DNA of 61,943 nucleotides, counting the filler. It is 5 parts of 5 records of this genome, joined end to end, with 100 filler letters (N's around TTAATTAATTAA, not from the genome) between each part and the next. Parts side by side here need not be neighbours in the genome. Positions count along the whole stretch, not along the records: positions 40,358 to 55,716 come from SRR31147125_24108; 4 more parts are not named here. The stretch is one strand, 5' to 3'. The notes under the pieces are model-generated. The model did not search any database. It was not told where the DNA came from and saw only the letters and a program-made list of their open reading frames with translations. Each line of letters begins with the position of its first letter. Position 1 is the stretch's first letter. Both the position numbers and the translations under genes were made by a program. Below are positions 42,049-52,004 of this stretch, piece by piece.

Positions 42049-43539
42049 ATGATGACTAGATCAAAGATAATAGTTTTGTTGGTGTTCATAATTTCTTTTG
42101 TTTCATCGGTTGTTTTTGCCGGTGCGGCAACCTTTGTTGATGAACAACCAACCAGCAAATTTTATAGGTGGAAAGATGGAGTGATTCCTGTCTATTTTGA
42201 TCCAGGTGATTTAACCATTGAGGTTGATCACGCAGAGGCCAGGGAGATGGTTACCGACGCTTGGAATATCTGGATGAGTGCTACTTTAGATTTTGCAGTA
42301 ACAGGAAGTGATGCTGAAACAGTTAAGGTTGCAGGTGTTGAGTTTGAGTACATGGGTAAGATGAGTACGGATATTAATGAAACAAATTATCGTTCTTTTT
42401 ATGATACTGATGAGGCCTACGACAAATATCGTCCAACAGTTATAATCTTCGATGAGGGTGGAACTATCTTGCAAGATCTTGAGTTTCGGATGCCTGAAGC
42501 CTATGCAAATGCTGATTCAAGTGTTTTGGGTGTAACAAATCTCTATTCGACAGAAAAAGTGATGGAGGGAGATGTTGAGAGGTTGTACATAAATAATGGA
42601 ACTATCCTTCTCAATGGAAAATTATATGCCTCCAAGGGTAAAGCAGCTTTTAAAGCGGCTATTCTTCATGAATTGGGACATTTAATGAACCTGGATCACT
42701 CAGCACTGAATGATGAATGCTATGAAGACGAAGGATGTGCAGCAGGAGATGATGGCTGGAAATATTTACCGACGATGTTTCGCTATATTGTTTCTGTTAA
42801 TAATGAATATGGTAATCATCCTCAGCTTGATTTGCATAGAGATGATAAATCATGGGCAGCTTGGCTCTTTCGTGCTCAGAATAATAAGATAGACGAGGAT
42901 TTTTGCCAGGTAAGGGGTGAACTTTTTGATCTTGGTGGAAGAGGTTTTCAGGGTGCTCAGATTACCGTTAGAGAGGCGGTTGATAATCAGTATAATAATG
43001 CGAATACTGCAATCTCTGGAGGGTTTTACCCAGCGTGCACAGAGAGCGGAAAATATATTGTTATGGGGCTTGTTCCAAACAGAACTTATGAAATCAGTTA
43101 TCAGCGTATCCCAAATTGGTGTGTTATTGATGGAAAAGAGCTTCCTCCTGGGACATGTGGTTTGGGAAGTGGTATCAATCCCTATGCGCCACCAAGGCCG
43201 GTTCCAGATCCTGCTAGCATAACAGTTAATGATTTTAAAGAGTTTTACTGTACCGAAGGCGGTGAAATTATCGAAGCGGATAAAACGTATATAGCAGCTG
43301 ACCTCTCAGACGATGAATATAAGTACTACAACATCGGTGGATACGAGTTTAGCTGTGATGAAGCTGGCAATGCTGTTGAGGTTCCTGCTGATGATGGTGG
43401 GACAACAAGCTATTCGGGCTTAAACATCAAGAAAAAAGGTTGGTGTAGCTTGGTTTCAGTTGGTTCTTTTGATTGGACAGTTATTTTCTTTATCTTTCCA
43501 GCCATCGGATTCTTTGTAGTTAGACGAAAGTTTAAATAA
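42049..43539 (+). CDS. Metzincin (matrixin/M10-like) metalloprotease with C-terminal Cys-TM-basic sorting signal
   Basis: Signal peptide; HELGHLMNLDH, Met-turn PTMF; C-terminus GWCSLV..TM..RRKFK. Confidence 0.85.
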   Translation: MMTRSKIIVLLVFIISFVSSVVFAGAATFVDEQPTSKFYRWKDGVIPVYFDPGDLTIEVDHAEAREMVTDAWNIWMSATLDFAVTGSDAETVKVAGVEFEYMGKMSTDINETNYRSFYDTDEAYDKYRPTVIIFDEGGTILQDLEFRMPEAYANADSSVLGVTNLYSTEKVMEGDVERLYINNGTILLNGKLYASKGKAAFKAAILHELGHLMNLDHSALNDECYEDEGCAAGDDGWKYLPTMFRYIVSVNNEYGNHPQLDLHRDDKSWAAWLFRAQNNKIDEDFCQVRGELFDLGGRGFQGAQITVREAVDNQYNNANTAISGGFYPACTESGKYIVMGLVPNRTYEISYQRIPNWCVIDGKELPPGTCGLGSGINPYAPPRPVPDPASITVNDFKEFYCTEGGEIIEADKTYIAADLSDDEYKYYNIGGYEFSCDEAGNAVEVPADDGGTTSYSGLNIKKKGWCSLVSVGSFDWTVIFFIFPAIGFFVVRRKFK

Positions 43540-43544
43540 TTCTT

Positions 43545-43651
43545 GTCATTCCTGCGTAGGCAGGAATCTAGCTTAGCGTACAAAGGTGACGGAGTAATTT
43601 TACTCCGTCACCTTTTTTGTTTTGTCATCCTCGGGCTTCACCCGGGAATCT
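43545..43651. repeat. Two REP/RPE-like palindromes flanking a terminator hairpin
   Basis: GTCATTCCTGCGTAGGCAGGAATCT (43545-43569); AAAGGTGACGGAGTAA/TTACTCCGTCACCTTT; GTCATCCTCGGGCTTCACCCGGGAATCT (43624-43651). Confidence 0.7.
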
Positions 43652-43733
43652 CGTGGTTGTCGAGCAGACGACCTTCCAGAGTAAAATCACTTGTTTCTTG
43701 CTTCTTACAAGCAAATCATATATGTGGTTTCCG

Positions 43734-44792
43734 ATGTTTAAAGAACGTAAAAAAACTAAGCAAATCATGGTTGGTACGGTTCCTGTGGGTGGTGATGCCC
43801 CAATAGCAGTTCAATCTATGACGAATACAGATACTAGGGATATTAATGCCACAGTTGGCCAAATAAAGGCTTTGGAAGACGCTGGGTGCGAAATTGTGCG
43901 CGTCGCTGTTCCTGATGAAGAGGCGGCTCTTGCACTAAAAGGTATCAAAAAGCAGATTAGTATTCCTTTGGTCTCAGATATTCACTTCCAACACAAATAT
44001 GCTCTCATGGCATTAGATGCCGGAGTTGATTGTTTGCGGATAAATCCGGGAAATATCGGTTCAGAAGAGAAGGTCAAAGAGGTCGTTGAGGCTGCAAAAG
44101 ACAAAAATGTCCCAATCAGAATCGGGGTTAATAGTGGTTCTGTTCATAAGGATATCTTAGAAAAGTTTGGAGGTCCAACTCCAGAAGCGCTCGTTGAATC
44201 AGCTCTTGAACATGTTGCAATTTTAGAGAAGCTCTCTTTTTACGATACAAAGATTTCGATAAAATCTTCTTCAGTTCTTCATACGATAGAGTCATATAGA
44301 TTAATGTCTGAGAAGGTCAATTATCCGCTTCACCTTGGAGTTACAGAGGCAGGGACACTTCTCCCAGGTGCGATAAAATCCGCACTCGGAATGGGAATTC
44401 TTCTAACCGAAGGGATTGGGGATACAATAAGGGTTTCGCTAACGGCCGATCCGGTCGAAGAGATCAGGGCTGGTTTTGAAATTCTTGCGTCACTGGGTCT
44501 TAGAAAGCGACCTGGTGTTGAGATAGTTTCATGTCCCACTTGTGGGCGAATACAGATAGATCTTGTTTCTCTTGTTTCAAGGTTAGAGAAGAGACTTATG
44601 AATGTCAAAAAGCCCCTCAAAATAGCTGTCCTGGGCTGCATTGTTAACGGTCCTGGAGAAGCAAAAGAGGCCGATATTGGAGTTGCCGGTGGAAATGGCA
44701 AGGGCGTAATTATCAGAAAAGGTGAGATTGTTCGTACGTGTAAAGAAGATGAACTAGAAGAAGAGTTAATGAAAGAGATTGAAAAGTTTTAA
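43734..44792 (+). CDS. ispG: HMB-PP synthase (flavodoxin-dependent)
   Basis: VQSMTNT, RINPGNI, RIGVNSGS, LHLGVTEAG, SCPTCGR, GCIVNGPGEA. Confidence 0.97.
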   Translation: MFKERKKTKQIMVGTVPVGGDAPIAVQSMTNTDTRDINATVGQIKALEDAGCEIVRVAVPDEEAALALKGIKKQISIPLVSDIHFQHKYALMALDAGVDCLRINPGNIGSEEKVKEVVEAAKDKNVPIRIGVNSGSVHKDILEKFGGPTPEALVESALEHVAILEKLSFYDTKISIKSSSVLHTIESYRLMSEKVNYPLHLGVTEAGTLLPGAIKSALGMGILLTEGIGDTIRVSLTADPVEEIRAGFEILASLGLRKRPGVEIVSCPTCGRIQIDLVSLVSRLEKRLMNVKKPLKIAVLGCIVNGPGEAKEADIGVAGGNGKGVIIRKGEIVRTCKEDELEEELMKEIEKF

Positions 44793-44805
44793 TTAGGAGG
44801 ATTCT

Positions 44806-46599
44806 TTGAGGTTTTCGAAACTACTTATTCCCACACTAAAAGAGACACCAGCCGAAGCTGAGGTTGTAAGTCATAAGCTTATGATGCGTGCAGGTTATAT
44901 AAGAAAATTAGCTGCCGGTATTTATACTTATCTTCCTTTAGGTTTAAAGGTTATCAAAAAAATTGAGACAATTATTCGTGAAGAGATGGAAGATGCAGGA
45001 GCTCAAGAGTTGTTGCTCCCAATAATTATGCCGTCTGAACTTTGGGTTGAAACAGGTAGGTGGAACTATTATGGCAAAGAGCTTCTTCGCATCAAAGACA
45101 GAAACGATCGTGATTTCTGTGTTGGACCAACTCACGAAGAGGCGATAACCGATTTGGCTAGAAGAGAGATCAAGTCATACAAAGAGATGCCTATGAATCT
45201 CTTTCAAATTCAGACAAAATTCAGAGATGAAATCAGACCAAGGTTTGGTTTGATGCGTGGCCGCGAGTTTATCATGAAGGATGCATACTCTTTTGATGTT
45301 GATGAAGATGCTTCGAAAATTTCATATCAAAAGATGTATGATGCCTATAATAAAATCTTTTCAAGATGCGGGGTTGAGTTCCGTCCTGTTGAGGCTGCAA
45401 CTGGCGCTATTGGTGGAACTTTGTCTCACGAATTTCAGGTCATTGCTGATTCTGGTGAAGATGCAATATTCTTCTGTGATAAATGTGATTACGCAGCAAA
45501 TGTTGAGCGGACAAAGGTTATTAAAGGTGCACATCTCGATAAAATCAACTCGGCCTTGGAAGGTGTTCAAGAAAAGAAGGGGTATAGCGAAGTTGAGACG
45601 CCTGACATGAAAACTGTTGAAGAGGTTTCTGAATACTTGAAAATTAATCAAAGTGATTTAGCCAAAACAGTTCTCTATAAAGTCGTTGTTTCGGAAGATG
45701 AATCTTTCTTTGTTGCCGCTCTTGTTTTGGGTAGTGATGAGATTGTTGAGCCAAAATTGGTTAAAGCTGTTTTTGATAGTGGTTTGATTTCAACTATGGA
45801 TGTTCAGTTAGAACTTGCTGAAGAGGAAGATGTTCAAAGGTTGACAAATGCTCCTGTTGGTTTTGCTGGCCCTGTTGGTCTTTCTAAAGAAGTTTCAATT
45901 CTTGCTGATACAGCTCTATATGAAAAAGCGGATTTTGTTACAGGTGCAAATAAAAAAGATGCTCACCTAAAAGGTGTTGCTTGGCAGGATTGTAATATTA
46001 AGAAATTTGTCGATATAAGAATGGCAAAAGAGGGTGATGAGTGTCCAGTTGCTGGTTGCGATGGCGGAAAACTAAAAGAGAAACGTGGGATCGAAGTTGG
46101 TCAGGTTTTCCATCTTGGAAAGAAATATTCTGAATCGATGAAGGCAACGTTCTTGGATGAAAATGGCAAAGAGAAGCCTATGGTTATGGGTTGTTATGGT
46201 ATCGGTGTCGGCAGAACTGCTGCAGCTGCCATAGAACAGAATCACGATGAAAAAGGTATTGTTTGGCCGATAGCTATTGCACCATTTCATTGTCACTTAG
46301 TGTCGCTAGCAGGAAAAGATGAAGAGACCAAGAAGCTTGCAGAAGATGTCTATTGTAAATTGAAAGAATCTGGTATAGATGTTCTCTATGATGATAGAGC
46401 GGCAAGACCTGGTGTGAAGTTTGCTGACGCTGAGTTGATCGGAATCCCTTATCAGATTATTGTTGGTAAAAAAGCTCTGGAAGATAATTTGTTAGAGTTT
46501 AAATTAAGATCTGAAGACGAAAAAGATCGTGTAAAGCTTGATAGAATTATCGACACTATTCAGGAGGGTATAAAAAATGCCTGCGCGCAAAAAAATTGA
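44806..46599 (+). CDS. proS: Prolyl-tRNA synthetase (with editing domain)
   Basis: GPTHEE, KFRDEIRPRFGLMRGREF, GCYGIGVGR. Confidence 0.98.
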   Translation: MRFSKLLIPTLKETPAEAEVVSHKLMMRAGYIRKLAAGIYTYLPLGLKVIKKIETIIREEMEDAGAQELLLPIIMPSELWVETGRWNYYGKELLRIKDRNDRDFCVGPTHEEAITDLARREIKSYKEMPMNLFQIQTKFRDEIRPRFGLMRGREFIMKDAYSFDVDEDASKISYQKMYDAYNKIFSRCGVEFRPVEAATGAIGGTLSHEFQVIADSGEDAIFFCDKCDYAANVERTKVIKGAHLDKINSALEGVQEKKGYSEVETPDMKTVEEVSEYLKINQSDLAKTVLYKVVVSEDESFFVAALVLGSDEIVEPKLVKAVFDSGLISTMDVQLELAEEEDVQRLTNAPVGFAGPVGLSKEVSILADTALYEKADFVTGANKKDAHLKGVAWQDCNIKKFVDIRMAKEGDECPVAGCDGGKLKEKRGIEVGQVFHLGKKYSESMKATFLDENGKEKPMVMGCYGIGVGRTAAAAIEQNHDEKGIVWPIAIAPFHCHLVSLAGKDEETKKLAEDVYCKLKESGIDVLYDDRAARPGVKFADAELIGIPYQIIVGKKALEDNLLEFKLRSEDEKDRVKLDRIIDTIQEGIKNACAQKN

Positions 46600-47293
46600 T
46601 CCTAGTGAGAGATTAATAGTTGCGATTGATGGTTGGACATTACAAGAAGCTGAGAAGTTAGTTAAGCTTCTTCACCCGGTTGTTAAAACTTTTCAGGTTG
46701 GTTTGCCTCTATATACAGCTGTTGGTCCTGATGTTATCAAGATGGTCAATGATTATGGTTCTAGAGTTTTTCTCGATCTAAAATATCACGATATTCCTTC
46801 AACCGTTTCAAGAGCTGTTTATGCAGCATCACGTCTCGGTGTTCATATGATAAATGTCCACGGTGTTGGTGGCCATAAGATGCTTGGTGAAGCTTTGGCC
46901 GCTTCAAGGGATGCAACTCTCAAAAATAATCCTCCAATAATGCTTGCTGTTACAGTTCTTACAAGTATGGATTCTCTTGGTGATATCGGAATTCAGTACG
47001 AAGTCAGAGAGCAGGTTATTCGCTTGGCTACAATGGCGAAGCAAGAGGGTTACGATGGCGTTATCGCTTCTCCTCTTGAGATCAAACTCATAAGAAAAGA
47101 ATGCGGAAATTCCTTTGTAATAGTTACTCCAGGAATTAGGCCTGCTGGTGATGTTGGTTATGACCAAAAGAGAATCGCTGGTCCAAAACAGGCTGTCGAA
47201 GCTGGTGCAGATTATCTAGTTATGGGTAGACCTATCACAGAAAAGAGAGATCCTCTCTTGGCTGCCAAAGAAGTTATCAAACAGATTAGCTAA
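46577..47293 (+). CDS. pyrF: Orotidine-5'-phosphate decarboxylase
   Basis: FLDLKYHDIPSTV, AVTVLTS, VTPGIRP, DQKR, GRPI. Confidence 0.95.
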   Translation: MPARKKIDPSERLIVAIDGWTLQEAEKLVKLLHPVVKTFQVGLPLYTAVGPDVIKMVNDYGSRVFLDLKYHDIPSTVSRAVYAASRLGVHMINVHGVGGHKMLGEALAASRDATLKNNPPIMLAVTVLTSMDSLGDIGIQYEVREQVIRLATMAKQEGYDGVIASPLEIKLIRKECGNSFVIVTPGIRPAGDVGYDQKRIAGPKQAVEAGADYLVMGRPITEKRDPLLAAKEVIKQIS

Positions 47294-47297
47294 GAAA

Positions 47298-48371
47298 TTA
47301 GGTTGGCCAATTGCCTGCATAAGAGATGAATTCATCGGGATCTGTTGATCTGAAGAGGCCTTCTTCGTATTCAATTCTACCATCTTTGACGAGTGTTGCA
47401 AGAGATTGGTTGAGTGTTATCATATGAGTTTCTTCCTGACCGACCTGCATTGCTGAATAGATCTGGTGAGATTTACCTTCTCTAATTAAGTTTCTGATAG
47501 CAGGCGTTGGAATCATAACTTCCAAAGCCAAGGCTCGACCACCACCAATTGTTGGAACCAACTGCTGAGATATAACGCCTTCAAGAATGAAAGATAACTG
47601 GGTTCTTATCTGTGGTTGATGATGAGGAGGAAAGACGTCGATGATTCTGTCAATTGTCTGGACAGCATTGTTTGTATGAAGTGTGGCAAAGACCAAGTGA
47701 CCGGTTTCAGCAACTGTTATGGCACTTTGAATAGTTTCAAGATCTCTCATCTCACCAATTAGAGCGACATCTGGATCCTGTCTTAGGATATATTTCAAAG
47801 CTGCAGAAAAACTCACAGTATCTTCTCCCACCTCACGTTGATTGATTAAGCACTCTCTGTGTTGGTAGAGATACTCGATTGGATCTTCGACGGTAATAAT
47901 ATGGTCTTTACGTTCGTCATTAATTCTATTGATTACTGATGCAAGTGTGGTCGATTTTCCAGAACCTGTGGGCCCTGTAACCAAAACCATTCCTCTTGGT
48001 TTGTTGGCAAGATCCATAACTACTTGTGGAATACCTAGAGTTTTTGCATCTGGAACTGTAAGGGGGATTGCTCTGTAAGCCGCTGCAACTGTGTCTTGCT
48101 GCCAGAAGATATTTGCTCTGATCCTATTCTTATTTTCAAAAGTAAACGATAAATCGAGTTCCTTTTCGCTTTCAAGCTTAGCTTGTTTCTCAGGTGTCAA
48201 CATTTCGTAACAGATCTCTTTTGCCTTTTCTGGGGAGATTTCTCCGTACTTTTCTAGCTTTCTTAGATGACCATCAACTCTTATCTGAGGGGGAGAAAAT
48301 GCTGCAATATGTAAATCAGATCCATTTGAACTGATACATTCTTCAAGTAGGGTATTTAGTGTAAATTCCAT
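47298..48371 (-). CDS. pilT: Type IV pilus retraction ATPase PilT
   Basis: GSDLH, GPTGSGKSTT, EDPIE, QREVG, GHLVFATLH, AIRNLIRE motif. Confidence 0.95.
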   Translation of the reverse strand: MEFTLNTLLEECISSNGSDLHIAAFSPPQIRVDGHLRKLEKYGEISPEKAKEICYEMLTPEKQAKLESEKELDLSFTFENKNRIRANIFWQQDTVAAAYRAIPLTVPDAKTLGIPQVVMDLANKPRGMVLVTGPTGSGKSTTLASVINRINDERKDHIITVEDPIEYLYQHRECLINQREVGEDTVSFSAALKYILRQDPDVALIGEMRDLETIQSAITVAETGHLVFATLHTNNAVQTIDRIIDVFPPHHQPQIRTQLSFILEGVISQQLVPTIGGGRALALEVMIPTPAIRNLIREGKSHQIYSAMQVGQEETHMITLNQSLATLVKDGRIEYEEGLFRSTDPDEFISYAGNWPT

Positions 48372-48544
48372 TTTTTCCTCCAATAAAAGTTTTGATAAAG
48401 ATTTTAGATAAGAGAGATTATCAAATTTGATTCCCTTTTCCAAGTCATATAACATTATAAGTAGCTATTTTAGTTGCAGGATTTTGTCTGATAGATTGAC
48501 GATTATCCCGATGTGGGCTAATATATAGGTTCGGGGGAATATGA

Positions 48545-50251
48545 ATGTCAGGTAAATTTGGGGAATTCGATTATAAAAAGCTTGTAAATTTGGCTGATGA
48601 ACTTGTTAAAGATGGCCTTATTTCTAGGGATCAGCTTGCTGTTGCAAGGGTGACACAGAAGAATCTTGGTGGAGATCTAGGCAGAATCTTAATTAAAAAA
48701 CGTTTTATAGAAGAAGATAAGCTGGTTGAATTTATTAAAACCAAACTAGCGGTATCAACGATTTCTTTGGCTGAAATACCCATCAGCCCTGCCGCTATAA
48801 AGCTTGTACCTCAAAGTTTGGCTCATAAATACAAGATGATCCCTCTGGATGTTTCAGAAGATACGCTGACTGTTGCAATGGCGGATCCTTTAGATTTCTT
48901 TTGCGCAGAATCGATCAAAGAGATTGTTAAACACAGCATTAAGCCTGTATTGGCAACCGAGGGTGAGATAAACAATGCCATCAATGTGCATTATCGCATG
49001 GGTGATATTTCAGCTTTGGCAGAAGATGCTGTTGAGGTAGTTGACTATTCTGAAGATATAGCGAGTGGTTCAGAGAGACTTGAAGAGATGGCTTCTGGTG
49101 CCAAGGTCATTGCTGCTGTCAATAATATGATTTACCAGGCATATAAAGAGGGAGCCAGTGATATCCATGTCGAGCCGATGCAGAGTCAACTGAAGGTGAG
49201 GTATCGAATCGATGGCGTTCTTGAAGAGAGAATGTTGTTGCCTCAAAAGTGGCATCTTCCAGTGGTTTCAAGATTAAAAATTTTGGGTTCTATGGATATT
49301 GCAGAGAGACGAGCTCCTCAAGATGGTCGTGCTAGAGTTAAATTGATGGGTGAGGGCTTAGATCTTCGTTTATCGACATATCCGACAATGCATGGCGAAA
49401 AAATGGTTATGCGACTATTACCTAAGGAAAATGTCTTAACATTGGAAGATCTAGGTTTTGATAAAGAAGAGAGAGAAAAGTTTGTTAGCATTATTACTAG
49501 ACCTTATGGTATTTTTCTAGTCACGGGGCCAACAGGTTCTGGAAAGACTACAACATTATACGCTGCACTACAGAAGGTCAACTCTCAGGAACGTAATATT
49601 CTTTCAATTGAAGATCCTATTGAAAATGAAATTCCAGGTGTTAATCAGGCTCAGGTTAATATAAAGGCTGGAGTTACGTTTGCCTCTGCTTTGAAATCTA
49701 TTCTAAGACAAGATCCAGATATCATTATGGTTGGTGAGATTCGTGACGGTGAAACTGCTGATATTGCTGTCAGATCTGCTATGACAGGGCATTTGGTTTT
49801 TTCTACGCTTCATACAAATACAGCAGTTGGAGCTATTGCAAGATTAAGTGATCTTGGTTTGGAACCATTCTTAATCTCTTCTGCGCTTCTGGGAGTTATG
49901 GCCCAGAGGTTGGTCAGAAAAATATGTCCTCACTGTAAAGAAGAGATTGAGTTTGAAAAAGAGGATATAGAACGTCTCTTTGGAGAAGGGGTTGAGACAA
50001 CTACTTTTTATCGTGGGAAAGGTTGTGAAAAGTGTAGAATGAGCGGTTACTTAGGAAGAGTCGGTGTCTTTGAATTGATACTTGTCGATGAAGATTTTAA
50101 GAAGTTGATCGCAAAAGGTGGAACGGAAGATCAGCTTAGGGATTGCTTCATAGAGAAAGGTCTTCTCACAATTAGACAAGAAGCAATTCAGAAGGCAATT
50201 GCCGGGATAACCACCGTTGAAGAAGTTTTACGTGTAACAGAGAAAGAGTAG
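48545..50251 (+). CDS. GspE/PilB/MshE-family assembly ATPase
   Basis: MshEN-like N-terminus, ASDIH, GPTGSGKTTT, RQDPD, CxxC..CxxC zinc motif. Confidence 0.93.
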   Translation: MSGKFGEFDYKKLVNLADELVKDGLISRDQLAVARVTQKNLGGDLGRILIKKRFIEEDKLVEFIKTKLAVSTISLAEIPISPAAIKLVPQSLAHKYKMIPLDVSEDTLTVAMADPLDFFCAESIKEIVKHSIKPVLATEGEINNAINVHYRMGDISALAEDAVEVVDYSEDIASGSERLEEMASGAKVIAAVNNMIYQAYKEGASDIHVEPMQSQLKVRYRIDGVLEERMLLPQKWHLPVVSRLKILGSMDIAERRAPQDGRARVKLMGEGLDLRLSTYPTMHGEKMVMRLLPKENVLTLEDLGFDKEEREKFVSIITRPYGIFLVTGPTGSGKTTTLYAALQKVNSQERNILSIEDPIENEIPGVNQAQVNIKAGVTFASALKSILRQDPDIIMVGEIRDGETADIAVRSAMTGHLVFSTLHTNTAVGAIARLSDLGLEPFLISSALLGVMAQRLVRKICPHCKEEIEFEKEDIERLFGEGVETTTFYRGKGCEKCRMSGYLGRVGVFELILVDEDFKKLIAKGGTEDQLRDCFIEKGLLTIRQEAIQKAIAGITTVEEVLRVTEKE

Positions 50252-50272
50252 TGAAAGGTTCATGGGGAAAAT

Positions 50273-51490
50273 ATGGCATCGTTTTTTTATAAAGCACGTG
50301 ACGAAAAAGGCGCTCTCGTAAATGGAGAGATTGAAGCGGCTTCTGAAGAAGAATTAAAAGAGAGTCTCTTTTCTCAAGGAATGATTCCCTTAATGGTGAA
50401 GGAGATAAAGCCAGGCGGGATGTCCCTAAAAAATATTACAGATTGGTTTGGAAGAGTTAAAGCTGAAGAGATAATGATATTTACGAGACAGTTTTATACT
50501 CTCTTTAAAGCTGGCGTTAGCATGGACACTATTCTTAATACGCTTGCTAAGCAGGTTTTGTCTCGCCGCCTTAAGAGTGTTTTGCTAAAGATTAAAACAG
50601 ATATTGGAGCAGGTTCAACACTTTCCCAAGCCTTTGGAAGGCATCCAAAGGTCTTTAATGAGCTCTATGTCTCTATGTTGGCAGCTGGTGAGGAAGCTGG
50701 TATTTTGGAGCAGGTTTTGTCCGAGTTGGTCAAACTTATTGAAAAAGAAGAAGAAATTAGAAGAAGTATTAAGACAGCTACCCTCTATCCAAAAATTGTT
50801 ATATTTGTTTTGACGGGAGCCGTAACTGTTTTGATGACCTTTGTTGTTCCTAAATTCACTCAATTTTATTCCCACTATGGTGCCGATCTTCCAATTGCCA
50901 CTCAGATTATTATCGGGACAAGTAATTTTGTCCGTGGATATTGGTATATCGTGATTTTAGCTGTTGCTCTACTATTTTACGCATATAGAAAATACTATGC
51001 TACGCGAACTGGCAGATACAATATTGATGAAATTAAGTTTAAATTGCCGGTTTTTGGTCCTCTTAACATCAAAGTTGTCAACAGTCGCTTTGGACATATC
51101 TTAAGCTCTCTCTATCGAAGTGGATTATCGATGCCTAGAGCCATGGAAGTTGTTGCCATGGTTATTGAAAATGAAGCCTATTCTCTGGAAGTCAGAAAAT
51201 TAAAAGAGGCTATTCAAAAAGGCTCAACAATGGCAGATGCCATGTCTCAGTTGAAATATTTTCCTCCAGTTATGGTTGAAACAACAGCAGTTGGTGAAAA
51301 AACGGGTGCTTTAGATGATATGCTGACAGCGATCTCAGATCACTATGAGCTAGAGGTTTCGCACACAATTAAGAATCTAACAACTCTGATCGAACCCCTG
51401 CTACTGATCTTCATATTCGGAATGGTTACCGTTTTGGCGCTGGCAATATTCTTACCTATTTGGAATATGTCTTCGATTGTTTCAAGATAA
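50273..51490 (+). CDS. GspF/PilC/MshG-family inner-membrane platform protein
   Basis: FFYKARD, FTRQF..L.KAG, AGEEAG, YP, VGEKTG, LIEP, FLPIW. Confidence 0.93.
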   Translation: MASFFYKARDEKGALVNGEIEAASEEELKESLFSQGMIPLMVKEIKPGGMSLKNITDWFGRVKAEEIMIFTRQFYTLFKAGVSMDTILNTLAKQVLSRRLKSVLLKIKTDIGAGSTLSQAFGRHPKVFNELYVSMLAAGEEAGILEQVLSELVKLIEKEEEIRRSIKTATLYPKIVIFVLTGAVTVLMTFVVPKFTQFYSHYGADLPIATQIIIGTSNFVRGYWYIVILAVALLFYAYRKYYATRTGRYNIDEIKFKLPVFGPLNIKVVNSRFGHILSSLYRSGLSMPRAMEVVAMVIENEAYSLEVRKLKEAIQKGSTMADAMSQLKYFPPVMVETTAVGEKTGALDDMLTAISDHYELEVSHTIKNLTTLIEPLLLIFIFGMVTVLALAIFLPIWNMSSIVSR

Positions 51491-51585
51491 TTTAAGAACA
51501 AGCAAAAATAGTCTAGAAAAAGGTCATTTAAAGTGTTATAAATCACCATCTGTATTTTTTACTAACAATGAAGGGAGGGCGAAAT

Positions 51586-51981
51586 ATGGAAGGGCAGGAA
51601 ATGGTGAAAACCAAGAAGGGTAGAAAAAAGTTTGAAGTACTTGTTATCTTACTGGTGATTGTTGCCGCTTTGGTTGTTGCTTTTGGCATCTACAAAGCAA
51701 GAAGCAATGCTTCAAATGCTAAACTAATGATGGCTGAGTTGGAGCAGATTCGTTCTGCTGTAACAATGTACAAGACAATAAATAAGAGTAGTCCACCAGA
51801 TTTAGCGAGCTTGACAAAGATGACGTATACTTTTGCACCAGGTGACACTCCAAGAAAATACTTGTCTAATATTGAGTTGAATAAAGCCGGAAAATTGGTT
51901 GATCCTTTTGGTAATCCTTATCGTTTTGACACAAAAAATGGTTGGGTCTATAGTTCAACAAAAGGTTACGGTGATTGGTAA
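51586..51981 (+). CDS. Non-canonical pilin-like protein (GspG-like C-terminus)
   Basis: G|RKKFE + hydrophobic helix; ELEQIRSAVTMY; LVDPFGNPY. Confidence 0.75.
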   Translation: MEGQEMVKTKKGRKKFEVLVILLVIVAALVVAFGIYKARSNASNAKLMMAELEQIRSAVTMYKTINKSSPPDLASLTKMTYTFAPGDTPRKYLSNIELNKAGKLVDPFGNPYRFDTKNGWVYSSTKGYGDW

Positions 51982-52004
51982 GAATACTTTAATAGGGTGA
52001 TCTG

